Origin: a virus
Taxonomy: Duplodnaviria; Caudoviricetes
Reading direction: 5' to 3' (one strand)
Virus record (IMG/VR): IMGVR_UViG_3300005573_000033
Span: 1-30,105 of that record
DNA length: 30,105 bases
Shown here: positions 15,169 through 25,191 of the stretch, piece by piece
Layout of the letters: every line of letters starts with the position of its first letter
Position numbering within the stretch: the first letter of the stretch is position 1
The notes under the pieces: generated by a model
The model's input: only the letters and a program-made list of their open reading frames with translations
The model's database searches: none
Told to the model about the DNA's origin: nothing
Program-made: the position numbers and the translations under genes

Positions 15169-16199
15169 TGACTGTAGTAGCGGTAGAGTCATATGTGAGA
15201 GATGGAAATTTGGCGGTGCCATTGACGCGCTATGCACAGCGTGTTGGGTGGGATGAGTGCGCACTGCTGGGCGTGCGTTTTGGCAGCAATGCTACCAGCC
15301 GTTGTATGGGCATTATGACGCAGGCGGAGCGTCAGTTGCTGGTATCGTTGTTGCGCGGAGCACAGCAGGACATTGAGAGCGTGTTGCGCTATCCCCTGAC
15401 TTTACAGTGGTTTTCCCATCAACGAATGAATACTACTGACGTAGTGCTGCAGCTCCCCCATGGACACATTATTGCGATGGGTAAGCGAACGACGGAGATA
15501 CTGGCTAATGCCATCACTGTGGATTATACGGCGGAGCCAGCAGTGGTGGTGGTAAATGGAGTCAGTGCTGATTTGGATATAGACGCTGTACATGTGTATT
15601 ATGTGGGTACTGAGATAGATATTACACCGTCAGCGATTTCGCTTTCTGGGACTACGCTGACCATAGAGATACCCCGCTGCCGTCTGGTGGCTGACCAAAA
15701 TAATCCCGACGAGGGTTGGGATTTTAGTGATACCGACAACTTTGTTCGGGCGGTGGATATTGTGCGGGTGTATACCGACGATAGTATACAGGCGGAGCTG
15801 CAGTATACGGACTGTAACTGTGGCAGTACAGCAGAGAATATCTGCGTATATCTCCGAGATGCGATGGGAGGCGTAGTGAGTCTGGGCCAGGTGAGTGCGT
15901 GTGCAGCTAGTGATACATCATGTAGTCGCATCCCTCAAGTATTAGTAGTGTACTACTGCGCCGGGGAGAGAGATATACCTCCTGCTATCGAGGACGCTAT
16001 CATTCGTCTGGCGCATGCACGCATGGAGACGCAGCCTTGCACGTGTGGGCCCGCACGCGACTATTGGGCGCGAGATCGCCATGTGCCGGAAATACTAGAT
16101 CGCGAGAGACTACATTGTCCTTTTGGGCTGACCGACGGGGCCTGGTATGCCTGGACGGTGGCCAATAACTTTGCACTGCGGCGTGTAGTGTGCTGCTGA
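15168..16199 (+). CDS. Head-tail adaptor/connector protein with inserted beta domain, cysteine-rich (343 aa)
   Basis: GGAGG RBS and TAATG overlap; LRGAQQDIESVLRYPL and YCAG..IPPAIEDAIIRLAH are gp6/gp15-like adaptor patterns; 14 Cys. Confidence 0.7.
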   Translation: MTVVAVESYVRDGNLAVPLTRYAQRVGWDECALLGVRFGSNATSRCMGIMTQAERQLLVSLLRGAQQDIESVLRYPLTLQWFSHQRMNTTDVVLQLPHGHIIAMGKRTTEILANAITVDYTAEPAVVVVNGVSADLDIDAVHVYYVGTEIDITPSAISLSGTTLTIEIPRCRLVADQNNPDEGWDFSDTDNFVRAVDIVRVYTDDSIQAELQYTDCNCGSTAENICVYLRDAMGGVVSLGQVSACAASDTSCSRIPQVLVVYYCAGERDIPPAIEDAIIRLAHARMETQPCTCGPARDYWARDRHVPEILDRERLHCPFGLTDGAWYAWTVANNFALRRVVCC

Positions 16200-16208
16200 G
16201 AGGTAGAG

Positions 16209-16721
16209 ATGTGGAAAGCTATTAAGCCCAAGAGATTACAGGATAAGACGTTTCGTCTCGCCATGCTACAGGCGATGACATCAGCAGGCCAACAATGTGT
16301 TCGGGAATATCGTAAGACGACTGCTACTTGGAATCATCGTGTGGACTTTAAGCCACTACTCTCATTGCGTGGAGGGATACTGGAGATGGTGGTAGCAACT
16401 GATGACAAAGTGTGGAATTACGTCAATCAGGGAACGCGTCCTCATCTTATCTGGGCGGGACAGTATACAGGGAAGTCCAAGGCGCGTAACCTTAAATTTC
16501 AGGAAACGTACTATCCCAAGACGATACCCGGAGTAGTGGGCTCAGTACGTGGGGGCAGTTTTGGCCGCTGGATATATCGTCCCTACGTTCAGCATCCCGG
16601 GACTGCGCCACGACATTTTGACCGTGCTATCATGACAGCATTTCAGCCACGCTACAAACGCATTGTTGAGAAGGCAATGAGTGATTGGGCGCGGGAATCG
16701 GGACAACATGTGAGCAGATAG
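16209..16721 (+). CDS. HK97 gp10-like neck/tail completion protein
   Basis: Basic; YVNQGTRPHLI...VQHPGTAPRHF motif typical of this family; position in neck module. Confidence 0.8.
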   Translation: MWKAIKPKRLQDKTFRLAMLQAMTSAGQQCVREYRKTTATWNHRVDFKPLLSLRGGILEMVVATDDKVWNYVNQGTRPHLIWAGQYTGKSKARNLKFQETYYPKTIPGVVGSVRGGSFGRWIYRPYVQHPGTAPRHFDRAIMTAFQPRYKRIVEKAMSDWARESGQHVSR

Positions 16722-16731
16722 GAGGTGCAAC

Positions 16732-18213
16732 ATGACTGTATACACGACGAAAAATGGCGCTATCTTTATCCAGCCGAATGGTGCCAATAACGTGAAGTAT
16801 TATCTGGGCTGTCACGGGCTAGACGAGCTATCTGAGACGACTGGCAAGGTAGAGAGTATCCGTGCATTCAATGTCGCACGTAATGGGTGGGATACTGTAG
16901 GCAGCAAGATTTCACCACCTGATGATATTTCGATTACCATTGACACGCTCTATCAGCGCGATGTGGACTGGTTGGAGAAGCAAGGCGATTGTTCTATGGG
17001 CATATACGTGTACCATTACGGATGTGGGCGCGCAGATGCTGCTGACCGTAATTATGAGCGCGCCATCATCGTGCCCGATGCGCGCCGGACGAGTATCAAG
17101 TATAGTGGACTTGCCGCGCGCGAAGAAGACAGGGAGACAACTTTAGAGGCGGGGTTTACGGCGTCGCCACCTTTGCTGCATGCGGTGGCGCCGAGTCTGA
17201 TGACTACGCAGCTGACCTCGTCCGGCAGCAGCTCAGCATTGGTGGGGCTGTGGGCTAATACGGATACTCGCTGTGTTGGAGCGTGTGGGGCCGCTAGATC
17301 GGCAGGCGATGTGAGAGTAGCTGTGGGAAAGAGTCCTACTGCTCCCGGCGTCGCTATCCCCATCGTCTACGACGCCACTACACGCACGTGGTCGGCGATG
17401 GCGAGCGGGCCTTTTGCGTCGAAGATCAATATTGCGTCGGTGGTGGTACTGGACTTGGACAATACTACTCAGCGTGTCGTGGTGGCTGCTGAAGCGTCTT
17501 CGGGTACCCAGGGCTATGTCTCCTACACAGATGATTGGGGTACTACCTGGCACAATGTCGCTATTGGGAGCGCTGCCGCAGGACATGGCGCAGTAGGTCC
17601 CCAAGCACTTGTCGCAACGGGCACATATACATTATTGTTGGCGTCCGCAGAGGGATATATCTACCGCAGCACTGATGCCGGGGAGACTTGGGTTGCTGTA
17701 GAGACTGCTACAATTACCGCCACAGATTACCGCGCTATTCACCTGGTGGGAGATTATGGTATTGCTGTAGGAGATGATGATAGCATTGCTATTACGCGCA
17801 CTGGTGGGGTAACTTGGGAGGCCTCTGCTGCCGACACAGGTACCGGTGACGATCTCCTGACCTGTTGGGTGCACGATGCCAACAATCTCTGGGTGGGCAC
17901 GAGTGGAGGCGAGCTGTGGTATAGCTATGATGGCGGTAGCTCATGGTATCAGCGTACTGGCTGGAGCGGTAGTGGCAGTGGCAGTGTGGCTGCTATGTAC
18001 TGGCAACATCGTTATGTCGGGTATATTGTCCATAATGATACAGTCGGTACCCTCCTGCGCACTATTGACGGCGGTGCGACTTGGGAGACTGTGTACACTG
18101 CGATTGTGACGTTAGCGCACCTCGTGGCCACTGGTATCAATAGTGTCATAGCAGTGGGAGAGGTTGATGGAACGACTGCGGAGGCTGTGACGGTAGAGGT
18201 GATTGGAGGGTAG
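16732..18213 (+). CDS. Major tail tube protein with C-terminal BNR/Asp-box beta-propeller
   Basis: AGGAGGTG RBS; lies before the chaperones and TMP; N-terminal ~150 aa tube-like; Asp-boxes YTDDWGTTW, RSTDAGETW, TRTGGVTW, YSYDGGSSW, RTIDGGATW. Confidence 0.75.
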   Translation: MTVYTTKNGAIFIQPNGANNVKYYLGCHGLDELSETTGKVESIRAFNVARNGWDTVGSKISPPDDISITIDTLYQRDVDWLEKQGDCSMGIYVYHYGCGRADAADRNYERAIIVPDARRTSIKYSGLAAREEDRETTLEAGFTASPPLLHAVAPSLMTTQLTSSGSSSALVGLWANTDTRCVGACGAARSAGDVRVAVGKSPTAPGVAIPIVYDATTRTWSAMASGPFASKINIASVVVLDLDNTTQRVVVAAEASSGTQGYVSYTDDWGTTWHNVAIGSAAAGHGAVGPQALVATGTYTLLLASAEGYIYRSTDAGETWVAVETATITATDYRAIHLVGDYGIAVGDDDSIAITRTGGVTWEASAADTGTGDDLLTCWVHDANNLWVGTSGGELWYSYDGGSSWYQRTGWSGSGSGSVAAMYWQHRYVGYIVHNDTVGTLLRTIDGGATWETVYTAIVTLAHLVATGINSVIAVGEVDGTTAEAVTVEVIGG

Positions 18214-18217
18214 AATT

Positions 18218-18820
18218 ATGCGCGAATTCGTGTCGTCAGCAGGCGTCCGCTGTCATCTGCGGCCAGTTTCTCCGGCGCTACTGGCAGCAGCTACGGCAGC
18301 TGTAGAGCGAGAGTATCGCGAGCGTGGGGAGCCGATTGACCCACCTACCTATACAGTGATGCTGCCTAGTGGCCGCTCAGAGACTCATCCCCACGATGAG
18401 ACTACCCTAATAGTGGAGGGAGATGAGGCGGCCACGCAGGCGAATCAGGCAGCATATACAGCACATCAGGACGCTGTCCAACGCATGAAGCGCGCTCAAT
18501 CAGAACGTCTGCTGCGTGCACTTTTGCTGGGTGGCGTGACCGTAGAGATGCCTGCTGATGATACCTGGGCACGGCAACAGCACGAGATATATGGCATTGA
18601 TGTGCCCACTGAACCCACCGAGCGCCGTTGGCACTATATTACTACTGAGGTATTAGTTACCCCAGCAGATTTACAACAGGTGGTGGCGGAGCTAATGGAG
18701 ATATCTACTGCCGGCATGACTCGGCCGGAGGAGGTGAGAGCAGCCATCGCCTCCTTTCGCCATTCAGCGCAAGATGGGCGGGTGTTGGGTGCCGCTGGAG
18801 CAGGCATATCGAACGGGTAA
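18218..18820 (+). CDS. Tail assembly chaperone (gpG-like)
   Basis: GGAGG RBS before ATG 18218; between tube and TMP; ends ...EEVRAAIASFR. Confidence 0.75.
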   Translation: MREFVSSAGVRCHLRPVSPALLAAATAAVEREYRERGEPIDPPTYTVMLPSGRSETHPHDETTLIVEGDEAATQANQAAYTAHQDAVQRMKRAQSERLLRALLLGGVTVEMPADDTWARQQHEIYGIDVPTEPTERRWHYITTEVLVTPADLQQVVAELMEISTAGMTRPEEVRAAIASFRHSAQDGRVLGAAGAGISNG

Positions 18821-19031
18821 CGGCGTCTGGAGACATTCGCAGCGTTTCGCCGAGTTGCGCACTGCCAAGGCGTGGGGTATCCCTCCTCACGAATTGGCAT
18901 GCATACCACGAGACGTATTGCTGGAGATGGTAGCATTTGATACAGCGATGGACATGATGCAGGCAGTAGATGCCGATGAGCAACGTACTGAGTTGGAGCG
19001 TAGGAGTAGAAGCACCACATGGAGAAGATAG
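18756..19031 (+). CDS. Tail assembly chaperone extension (gpT-like), +1 frame
   Basis: ELRTAKAWGIPPHELACIPRDVLLEMVAF is a gpT-like pattern; the frame is open from 18738; ATG 18774 lacks an RBS; candidate shift site TCC_TTT_CGC at 18752..18760. Confidence 0.65.
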   Translation, partial: FAIQRKMGGCWVPLEQAYRTGNGVWRHSQRFAELRTAKAWGIPPHELACIPRDVLLEMVAFDTAMDMMQAVDADEQRTELERRSRSTTWRR

Positions 19032-21166
19032 GTGTACAGGCAGTATTAGATAGTGCTGCTTTCTTGGATGGTTTGGCCGAATATGTCACTGCGCTCAATA
19101 GCGCTACTGATACCACGGAGCAGGATGCCTACATGAATGACCAGGCGCTGCAGGAGATGACCAATCGTGGCGGAGCGTCTTTGAGTGAGCTGGCCGAATC
19201 TTTCCAGAACACTACTCATGCCGTAGCAATGCTGGCCGACGCAGGCGGAGCACATATTGATGTCTTCCGGGAGATCGTAGTTGGGGCCTTGCGAGAGGTC
19301 GGCGCGGCAATGCTACACTTCGCACATGATACGGGTGCTGCTGCGGTGGATGTGCTTCGGGATGGGGTGGTAGCCGCTGCCGATTCAGAGCGCGTCATGA
19401 CGCGACTGGCCAGCGTGGTACGTTCTACTGGTGGCGCAGCGGGCATGACTGTAGATGAGTTGGTGAGATTAGCCGAGAGTTACGGCCGTCTCACAGCCTC
19501 TAATGCTGAGCTGGTCATGGAGATCGAGGAGATGGGACTGCGCATGGGTACAGTCACCAAGGAGACTATGCCTGACTTCATTCAGGCCTCCCTTGATCTC
19601 GCGGCTGCAACAGGCACCGATGCTGCCAATGCTGCATATTTACTGGCGACGGCCTATGATGATCCCGAAGCAGCTATGATGCGATTCAATCGGCAGGGTA
19701 TCCGGTTCAATACCGTTCTGGAGACACAAATAAAACAATTGATGAAGGCGGGCAAGAATAGCGAGGCGTTAGCGTTGGTGCTAGATCGCGTTAAAACTGC
19801 TACTGCCGGGAGTGCTGATGCCGCCGCAAATACCGCTGCAGGCAAGTGGGAGTATTTCGTTGGGCGCCTTCGGGACGCTCAGAAGGCTGTTGGGTTTGGC
19901 CTGCTGCCCGTTCTGACGAAGCTACTTGATATGGTGCTCATGCATCTATTACCATACATAGATGATATCGCTGCCACATTTACTAAACTGGTAGAGGCAC
20001 TGGACGTTGGCGATAGATTATCTAGCATCTCGTCCGCGTTAGCACAAATGCTGAAGTTGCTAAGTAAGGGGGAGATTGCGCCAGCATTTGTTGCGTTGCT
20101 GAGTAATCCCGACATGGCTGGATTGTCAGAAGTATTCGGCCTGAGCACTAGCCGGTTGATAGACTTTGGAGCACGCTTACAAAAATTATCCTCTCAAGCA
20201 GCCCCGGAATTCGAACGACTGGGAACTACTGCATGGGATACACTGGATAGAATAACCACCCAATGGCAGGCGGCCATGCCGGGACTGTTAGCACAGGTGG
20301 GTGATACATTAGCAGCAATGACTGCATTTTGGGCAGAGCATGGGGACACGATTAGCCAGATAATGTCTGTAGCTGGCCAACTCATTAGCACTACATTGTT
20401 GGTCACGCTCCAGATAGTGCTGGCGACAGTGGAGATATTCTTCAATATCTTAGATACTATATTTTTGGCAGCCGAACAAGCATTAGTTGGTGACTGGAAC
20501 AGTTGCTGGAAAACCTTGCTGGTAGGTGCTGTGGAGGTATTCTACCAGCTTGTGGATTTAGCGCAAACAATAATGAACACTATTCTGAGCACCGTGGGAA
20601 TGGATTTGCAGTCGTTTTTGGACGCTTGGTCAGGAACGTTCAATTTGATTGGTATTTTCTTAGCCACCTGGTGGCAGCAGACACGGGATAGTATCGCTGC
20701 CTGGCTAATGGACATTACCTCCGGGATACAGGACTGGCTCATTGATATGGCAAATAACTGGCGAGACAATTTTGCAGAAATACAGAGGATTGTTTCTGAA
20801 AAAATAGAACGAATTAAGCAGGTAATTACAGGTATCAAGGACGCATTTTCGGGAGCAATTGCTGGTGTGATGGATTTTGCAGGCGCGTTGTCTCGATTAG
20901 CACCTCCACCTCTCTTCACACCTGGCTCTCCGACACCGTTTGAGCTGGGGCTGCGGGGGATTACAGCGAGTCTGGAGGCCATGCATACAGCAGCTGCGCA
21001 AGCGCTGCCAGCTACGCTTGCGTCAGCGGCAATGGCACCCGTCCCCGTAGTCTCTCAGCACACCGTCCAACAGGCCGTGAATATTGGTGCCGTGACATTA
21101 GCGAGCGGTATGGACATGGCTACATTTGAGGCAATGCTGACACGCGCACTGATGCGTGCGCGATAA
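19019..21166 (+). CDS. Tape measure protein (715 aa)
   Basis: Ala-rich helical protein; RSTGGAAGMT core; Trp-spaced repeats; C-terminal PGSPTPFELGLRGI; position. Confidence 0.93.
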   Translation: MEKIGVQAVLDSAAFLDGLAEYVTALNSATDTTEQDAYMNDQALQEMTNRGGASLSELAESFQNTTHAVAMLADAGGAHIDVFREIVVGALREVGAAMLHFAHDTGAAAVDVLRDGVVAAADSERVMTRLASVVRSTGGAAGMTVDELVRLAESYGRLTASNAELVMEIEEMGLRMGTVTKETMPDFIQASLDLAAATGTDAANAAYLLATAYDDPEAAMMRFNRQGIRFNTVLETQIKQLMKAGKNSEALALVLDRVKTATAGSADAAANTAAGKWEYFVGRLRDAQKAVGFGLLPVLTKLLDMVLMHLLPYIDDIAATFTKLVEALDVGDRLSSISSALAQMLKLLSKGEIAPAFVALLSNPDMAGLSEVFGLSTSRLIDFGARLQKLSSQAAPEFERLGTTAWDTLDRITTQWQAAMPGLLAQVGDTLAAMTAFWAEHGDTISQIMSVAGQLISTTLLVTLQIVLATVEIFFNILDTIFLAAEQALVGDWNSCWKTLLVGAVEVFYQLVDLAQTIMNTILSTVGMDLQSFLDAWSGTFNLIGIFLATWWQQTRDSIAAWLMDITSGIQDWLIDMANNWRDNFAEIQRIVSEKIERIKQVITGIKDAFSGAIAGVMDFAGALSRLAPPPLFTPGSPTPFELGLRGITASLEAMHTAAAQALPATLASAAMAPVPVVSQHTVQQAVNIGAVTLASGMDMATFEAMLTRALMRAR

Positions 21167-21175
21167 GGAGCGGAT

Positions 21176-24061
21176 ATGGCGGCAATATTAGCAATCACAG
21201 ACGGGGATACACGGATTGAGCTAACAGGCACTAGCGCTTACGGGGTGCGACTGCTAGAATGGCTCCCGCATGACGCACCCATCAAGACTGCTGTATGGTC
21301 ATCGTCTCCAGTGCATGATGGCCAGTATCCTCGTGCGATGTATCGTGACAACGCAACTGAGACACTGCGTATTGCTGTATGTGGCACCACGCAAGACGCC
21401 GCTATCGCTACCCTGCGGCGCCTACGCAGACTGTTGCAATCAGCGCGCGAATACTGGACGAGTTACGGCACGCAGGGGACCTGGGTATGGCTGGAGGCGC
21501 GTTCGCAAGCGGAGACTTATACTCGCTATGCTCCGATAGTAGACTATCGTCTGGAGCAAGAGGCTGACCTTTATGGCAGTGCGTTCGCTGCTGGTGTGAT
21601 GGATGAGCTGACACTGGTGCTGACGCGACTCGACTGGCGCGATACCCCCCAGGTGCAAACTGCAGATTGGATCACGTTGAGCAATCAGTACTCCGTCGTC
21701 CTGGGTACTCCTGAAGAGACTCTCTCAATGCCCAGTATCCCCCAGCAAGCGCTCCTGCGCTCATCTACCGGCAGAGTAATTGTGCCTATACATGACGGGA
21801 GTATCCGATATAGCGACGACATGGGACAGACTTGGAACACTGCATCTACCCATCCTCCGTCAGCCATAGTAGACCTCTGCGAGGACCTAGCACATTATCG
21901 CCTGGTAGCATATTGCACTGATGGGGATATATATGGGAGCAATGATGATGGGGATACCTGGGCACTGCTGGCGACAGGAGTAGGTTCTCCATACCACCAA
22001 GGTATCTGTTATGTGGGCTGGTTACAGGGGATACTGCTGGCCGATTTGAGTAATACGGGCAATGTGTTAGTGAGTTATGACGGAGGGAGTACCTGGTCGC
22101 TGTATTACGACGTAGCGAGTAGCCTATATAGGGCTGGATGGACAATATGTAATCCTGCAGCAGCATCGGTATTGGTGATGGCTTATTCCACGGAGTACAT
22201 GCGTTATCGCACCTACCTCATTACCTCCGCCGGAGTGACTGTAGGAGATAGCATCGTGACAATCATGCTCTGGCTCACCGCTTGGCGCAACGGATACTTC
22301 CTGGCCGAGGATGATATGTATCCTAGTGCAGCTACTCATTGGTACACCGAAGACGGTCATTGGCAACAGCTGGCAGTGAATCGCCCTCTGCCCGCGGCAT
22401 TGTATGCCGACGATGAGTACATATATTACGGGTCCGACGTAATACGCCGTTCTGCCGATGGGTATGAGTGGGAGACGATAGCCGAGCTACCATCAGCAGG
22501 TTACGCCAACATGACACGAAGCATGTCGCGTGCTGCTAACTATCTACTCATAGCATCAGCATTGAGTGGGACCGGGTATGTGTATCGGCTGCCACTGGAT
22601 ATTGACTTGGGGGTTGTGGCGACCGATGGAGTAGCCAGCATTGCAGCATCCATTCCGTCCATCATTACCCACGCGTCGGTATATGACGCGTCGGTGTCGT
22701 CCTGGACGAGTCTGGATATTGCTGCTGGAGGTGAATTGCTCCCATTTCCCATCGAGGCAGGAGACGCATTGCTGCTATCCTCCGATACAGATGTTCGCAG
22801 CTTAGCGGGGCGATTCGCTTGCGTGGGATGTAATATCGAGGTACCTGCACAGGGCCAATATACCACTGCCTGGTATTATTCAGTATCTACCGAAGCGACG
22901 TGGCCTCCTGCTGCACCAGGCTGGGCCGAGTTAACTGTAACGGATGAGACTGCGGCGAGTAATCACCGGAGCTTATCGCTGGATGGAGTTAATACCATAT
23001 CATTCACCCCTCCATCAAATTGGACGTACGCCACCATCAACGGTGTTACCGGCTACCATATAGCATGCGTGGTACAGTCGGTATCGGGGACTTGCCGACC
23101 TGCAGAAACTGGCGCTCCGGCATTATGGGCAGTGCGCCATAACGGCGTGGCGGTGGCAGAGGTAGGGGGTGACCTGCCGGCATTGCTGCGCGTAAAAGCA
23201 CGTAACAGTAGCGGTGTCTGTAATCATCGCATACTGTTAGCACTACGCAGTAAATCTCGTGGCGCCGACTTTCATGCGATCATCAACTGTGCAGATGTAC
23301 TCGTTCCCTTTGGGTTGACAGTCTCTTGCGGCGGGCAATCGTCATTCGTGAACAGTGAAGCGGCGCCAGTAGGTCGTGCAGTCTCGTATACCTGTACCGT
23401 GGCAAATACCTGGAGTGACGAGGTGACTATCGCGTTTAGTGACACAGTAGCTCAGGAGTATTTTGGGAGGTATCGCTGTTTCGCGCGCGTAACGGTGGCC
23501 AGCGTTTCTCAGCCGTTCCGCGCACGCATCAAAGTGATTGGGGGAAGCGACGGGATAGAGCGCATCTACTCCGATTCAGTGGTGACTAGTACGGATAGCT
23601 ATTACCTGCTGGATTTGGGGCAGGTCAATATCCCTCCGTCACACGATGTGCAAGAGATGGGAGACGTGATGAGTCTGATACTCCAGCTCTATGCTGCTGC
23701 TGGTGTGACGGCGACGATCTACGACATCATCCTTCTTCCTGCGGACGAGGCCATAGGCGATTATTACTGCACAGATAGCGACCGCACAGGTTGGACCTAC
23801 CAGCGCCGAGTATCAGTGGACGCATCGCGTGTTCCACGCCCGATCACCTGTACTCTTAGGGACATCGCCGACAGGGTGGTGTCTATCTGGGTACCGGCGA
23901 CTGCCGCTCCCTTCGTGTTGCCACCGACTGGACAGAGCATCTGCTGGTGGCTGGCGGCGACACTATCCGACGATGTATGGGTTAGCTCTCCGTATACTAC
24001 CTGCGAGCTAAGCATGCAGGCGATACGACGCTATATCTCAGCACGCGGAGGTGAGCAATAA
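21176..24061 (+). CDS. Distal tail/baseplate protein with inserted BNR propeller (961 aa)
   Basis: First gene after TMP; Dit-like N-terminus; Asp-boxes YSDDMGQTW, GSNDDGDTW, VSYDGGSTW, RSADGYEW; beta-rich C-terminus. Confidence 0.7.
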   Translation: MAAILAITDGDTRIELTGTSAYGVRLLEWLPHDAPIKTAVWSSSPVHDGQYPRAMYRDNATETLRIAVCGTTQDAAIATLRRLRRLLQSAREYWTSYGTQGTWVWLEARSQAETYTRYAPIVDYRLEQEADLYGSAFAAGVMDELTLVLTRLDWRDTPQVQTADWITLSNQYSVVLGTPEETLSMPSIPQQALLRSSTGRVIVPIHDGSIRYSDDMGQTWNTASTHPPSAIVDLCEDLAHYRLVAYCTDGDIYGSNDDGDTWALLATGVGSPYHQGICYVGWLQGILLADLSNTGNVLVSYDGGSTWSLYYDVASSLYRAGWTICNPAAASVLVMAYSTEYMRYRTYLITSAGVTVGDSIVTIMLWLTAWRNGYFLAEDDMYPSAATHWYTEDGHWQQLAVNRPLPAALYADDEYIYYGSDVIRRSADGYEWETIAELPSAGYANMTRSMSRAANYLLIASALSGTGYVYRLPLDIDLGVVATDGVASIAASIPSIITHASVYDASVSSWTSLDIAAGGELLPFPIEAGDALLLSSDTDVRSLAGRFACVGCNIEVPAQGQYTTAWYYSVSTEATWPPAAPGWAELTVTDETAASNHRSLSLDGVNTISFTPPSNWTYATINGVTGYHIACVVQSVSGTCRPAETGAPALWAVRHNGVAVAEVGGDLPALLRVKARNSSGVCNHRILLALRSKSRGADFHAIINCADVLVPFGLTVSCGGQSSFVNSEAAPVGRAVSYTCTVANTWSDEVTIAFSDTVAQEYFGRYRCFARVTVASVSQPFRARIKVIGGSDGIERIYSDSVVTSTDSYYLLDLGQVNIPPSHDVQEMGDVMSLILQLYAAAGVTATIYDIILLPADEAIGDYYCTDSDRTGWTYQRRVSVDASRVPRPITCTLRDIADRVVSIWVPATAAPFVLPPTGQSICWWLAATLSDDVWVSSPYTTCELSMQAIRRYISARGGEQ

Positions 24062-25191
24062 TGCAGCATGATGAGGGCCTGGTAGTGAATGTATTCGCCC
24101 CGCTGGTTCAGGGGGCCAGCTTCGTCCAGACATTGATGCCTGATACTCTGACACTAGAGATAGCGCGGATGGGAGGGTATCATACCTGCGAATTTACGGT
24201 GCACGGTAATGACGCGGAGCTGACCGAATGGCTGCAACACGGGCTAGGTCGTCATATTACCATAACCTCCTCCAGCGGAGAGGTAGCGTGGGAGGGGTAT
24301 GTAGAGAGTATACAGGCTGCGATAGGTGCTGTAGGCATTACGGTAGGCAGGCTGACCGGGGTAGGTAATCATGTGAGGGCTATGTATTCTCCATTGGCTA
24401 CCGGTACCATTCCTCCCACGTCAGGGGCACGCACTATTACTGCAGTCGCTACTGATACTGATTCTATTAGCAAGTATGGACGTTGGGAGAGGATAGTATC
24501 TGCAGGCACCGTCACATCCACCGAGGCAATACGCATCCGGGACATGGCGCTGACAATGAGCGCTTGGCCGGGCATTCAGCACTCTCTGGATGGACGAGTC
24601 GAGCCGGGCACCATAACTGTGAGCTGCTGTGGATATACTGAATGGCTGCGTGCGTATGTATACGAGTATACCACTAGAGCTGATCTCATTGCTGTGTCCG
24701 AGAAGCTCCAGCGCGTCATCCGGGCCGACCCGAATAGTATTTTCGCGTCCGATTTATCTCAAATTGAAGCTAACAATTTACCAGTGTGTGAATATGAACA
24801 CGATTATCAATCTGCTAAGGTGCTGGTGGATAAAATAGTCGGAGCAGGAGGCACTGCACTACTGCCATACTCATTCGGACTGTTACCTGGACGGGTAGTA
24901 TATTATCGCGAGTGTCCTAAGGAAATAATGTATTTCTACGATCCAGGAAATAAGCAGGTATATCACTTGTCGGGGGAACGTGTTCCGGGATGGAGAGTAT
25001 TGCCGGGGACTTGGATGTCGGTATTGGGCTGCCCTCGGCTACCGAGTGCTTCAGGTAGTCCTATCAATACTGGTGCGATATTCATTGAGAGCGTGCGTTA
25101 CTCGTTACCAGAAACAGTATCCTTCAATGGTGCCAATAGTGATTCGCTAAAACTGCTGCTTGCGCAACTCGCACTAGGGAGGACGACATGA
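24061..25191 (+). CDS. Tail tip/hub (Tal-like) protein
   Basis: Position; GEVAWEGYVESI, NHVRAMY, DTDSISKYGRWERI motifs typical of siphophage hub proteins. Confidence 0.7.
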   Translation: MQHDEGLVVNVFAPLVQGASFVQTLMPDTLTLEIARMGGYHTCEFTVHGNDAELTEWLQHGLGRHITITSSSGEVAWEGYVESIQAAIGAVGITVGRLTGVGNHVRAMYSPLATGTIPPTSGARTITAVATDTDSISKYGRWERIVSAGTVTSTEAIRIRDMALTMSAWPGIQHSLDGRVEPGTITVSCCGYTEWLRAYVYEYTTRADLIAVSEKLQRVIRADPNSIFASDLSQIEANNLPVCEYEHDYQSAKVLVDKIVGAGGTALLPYSFGLLPGRVVYYRECPKEIMYFYDPGNKQVYHLSGERVPGWRVLPGTWMSVLGCPRLPSASGSPINTGAIFIESVRYSLPETVSFNGANSDSLKLLLAQLALGRTT

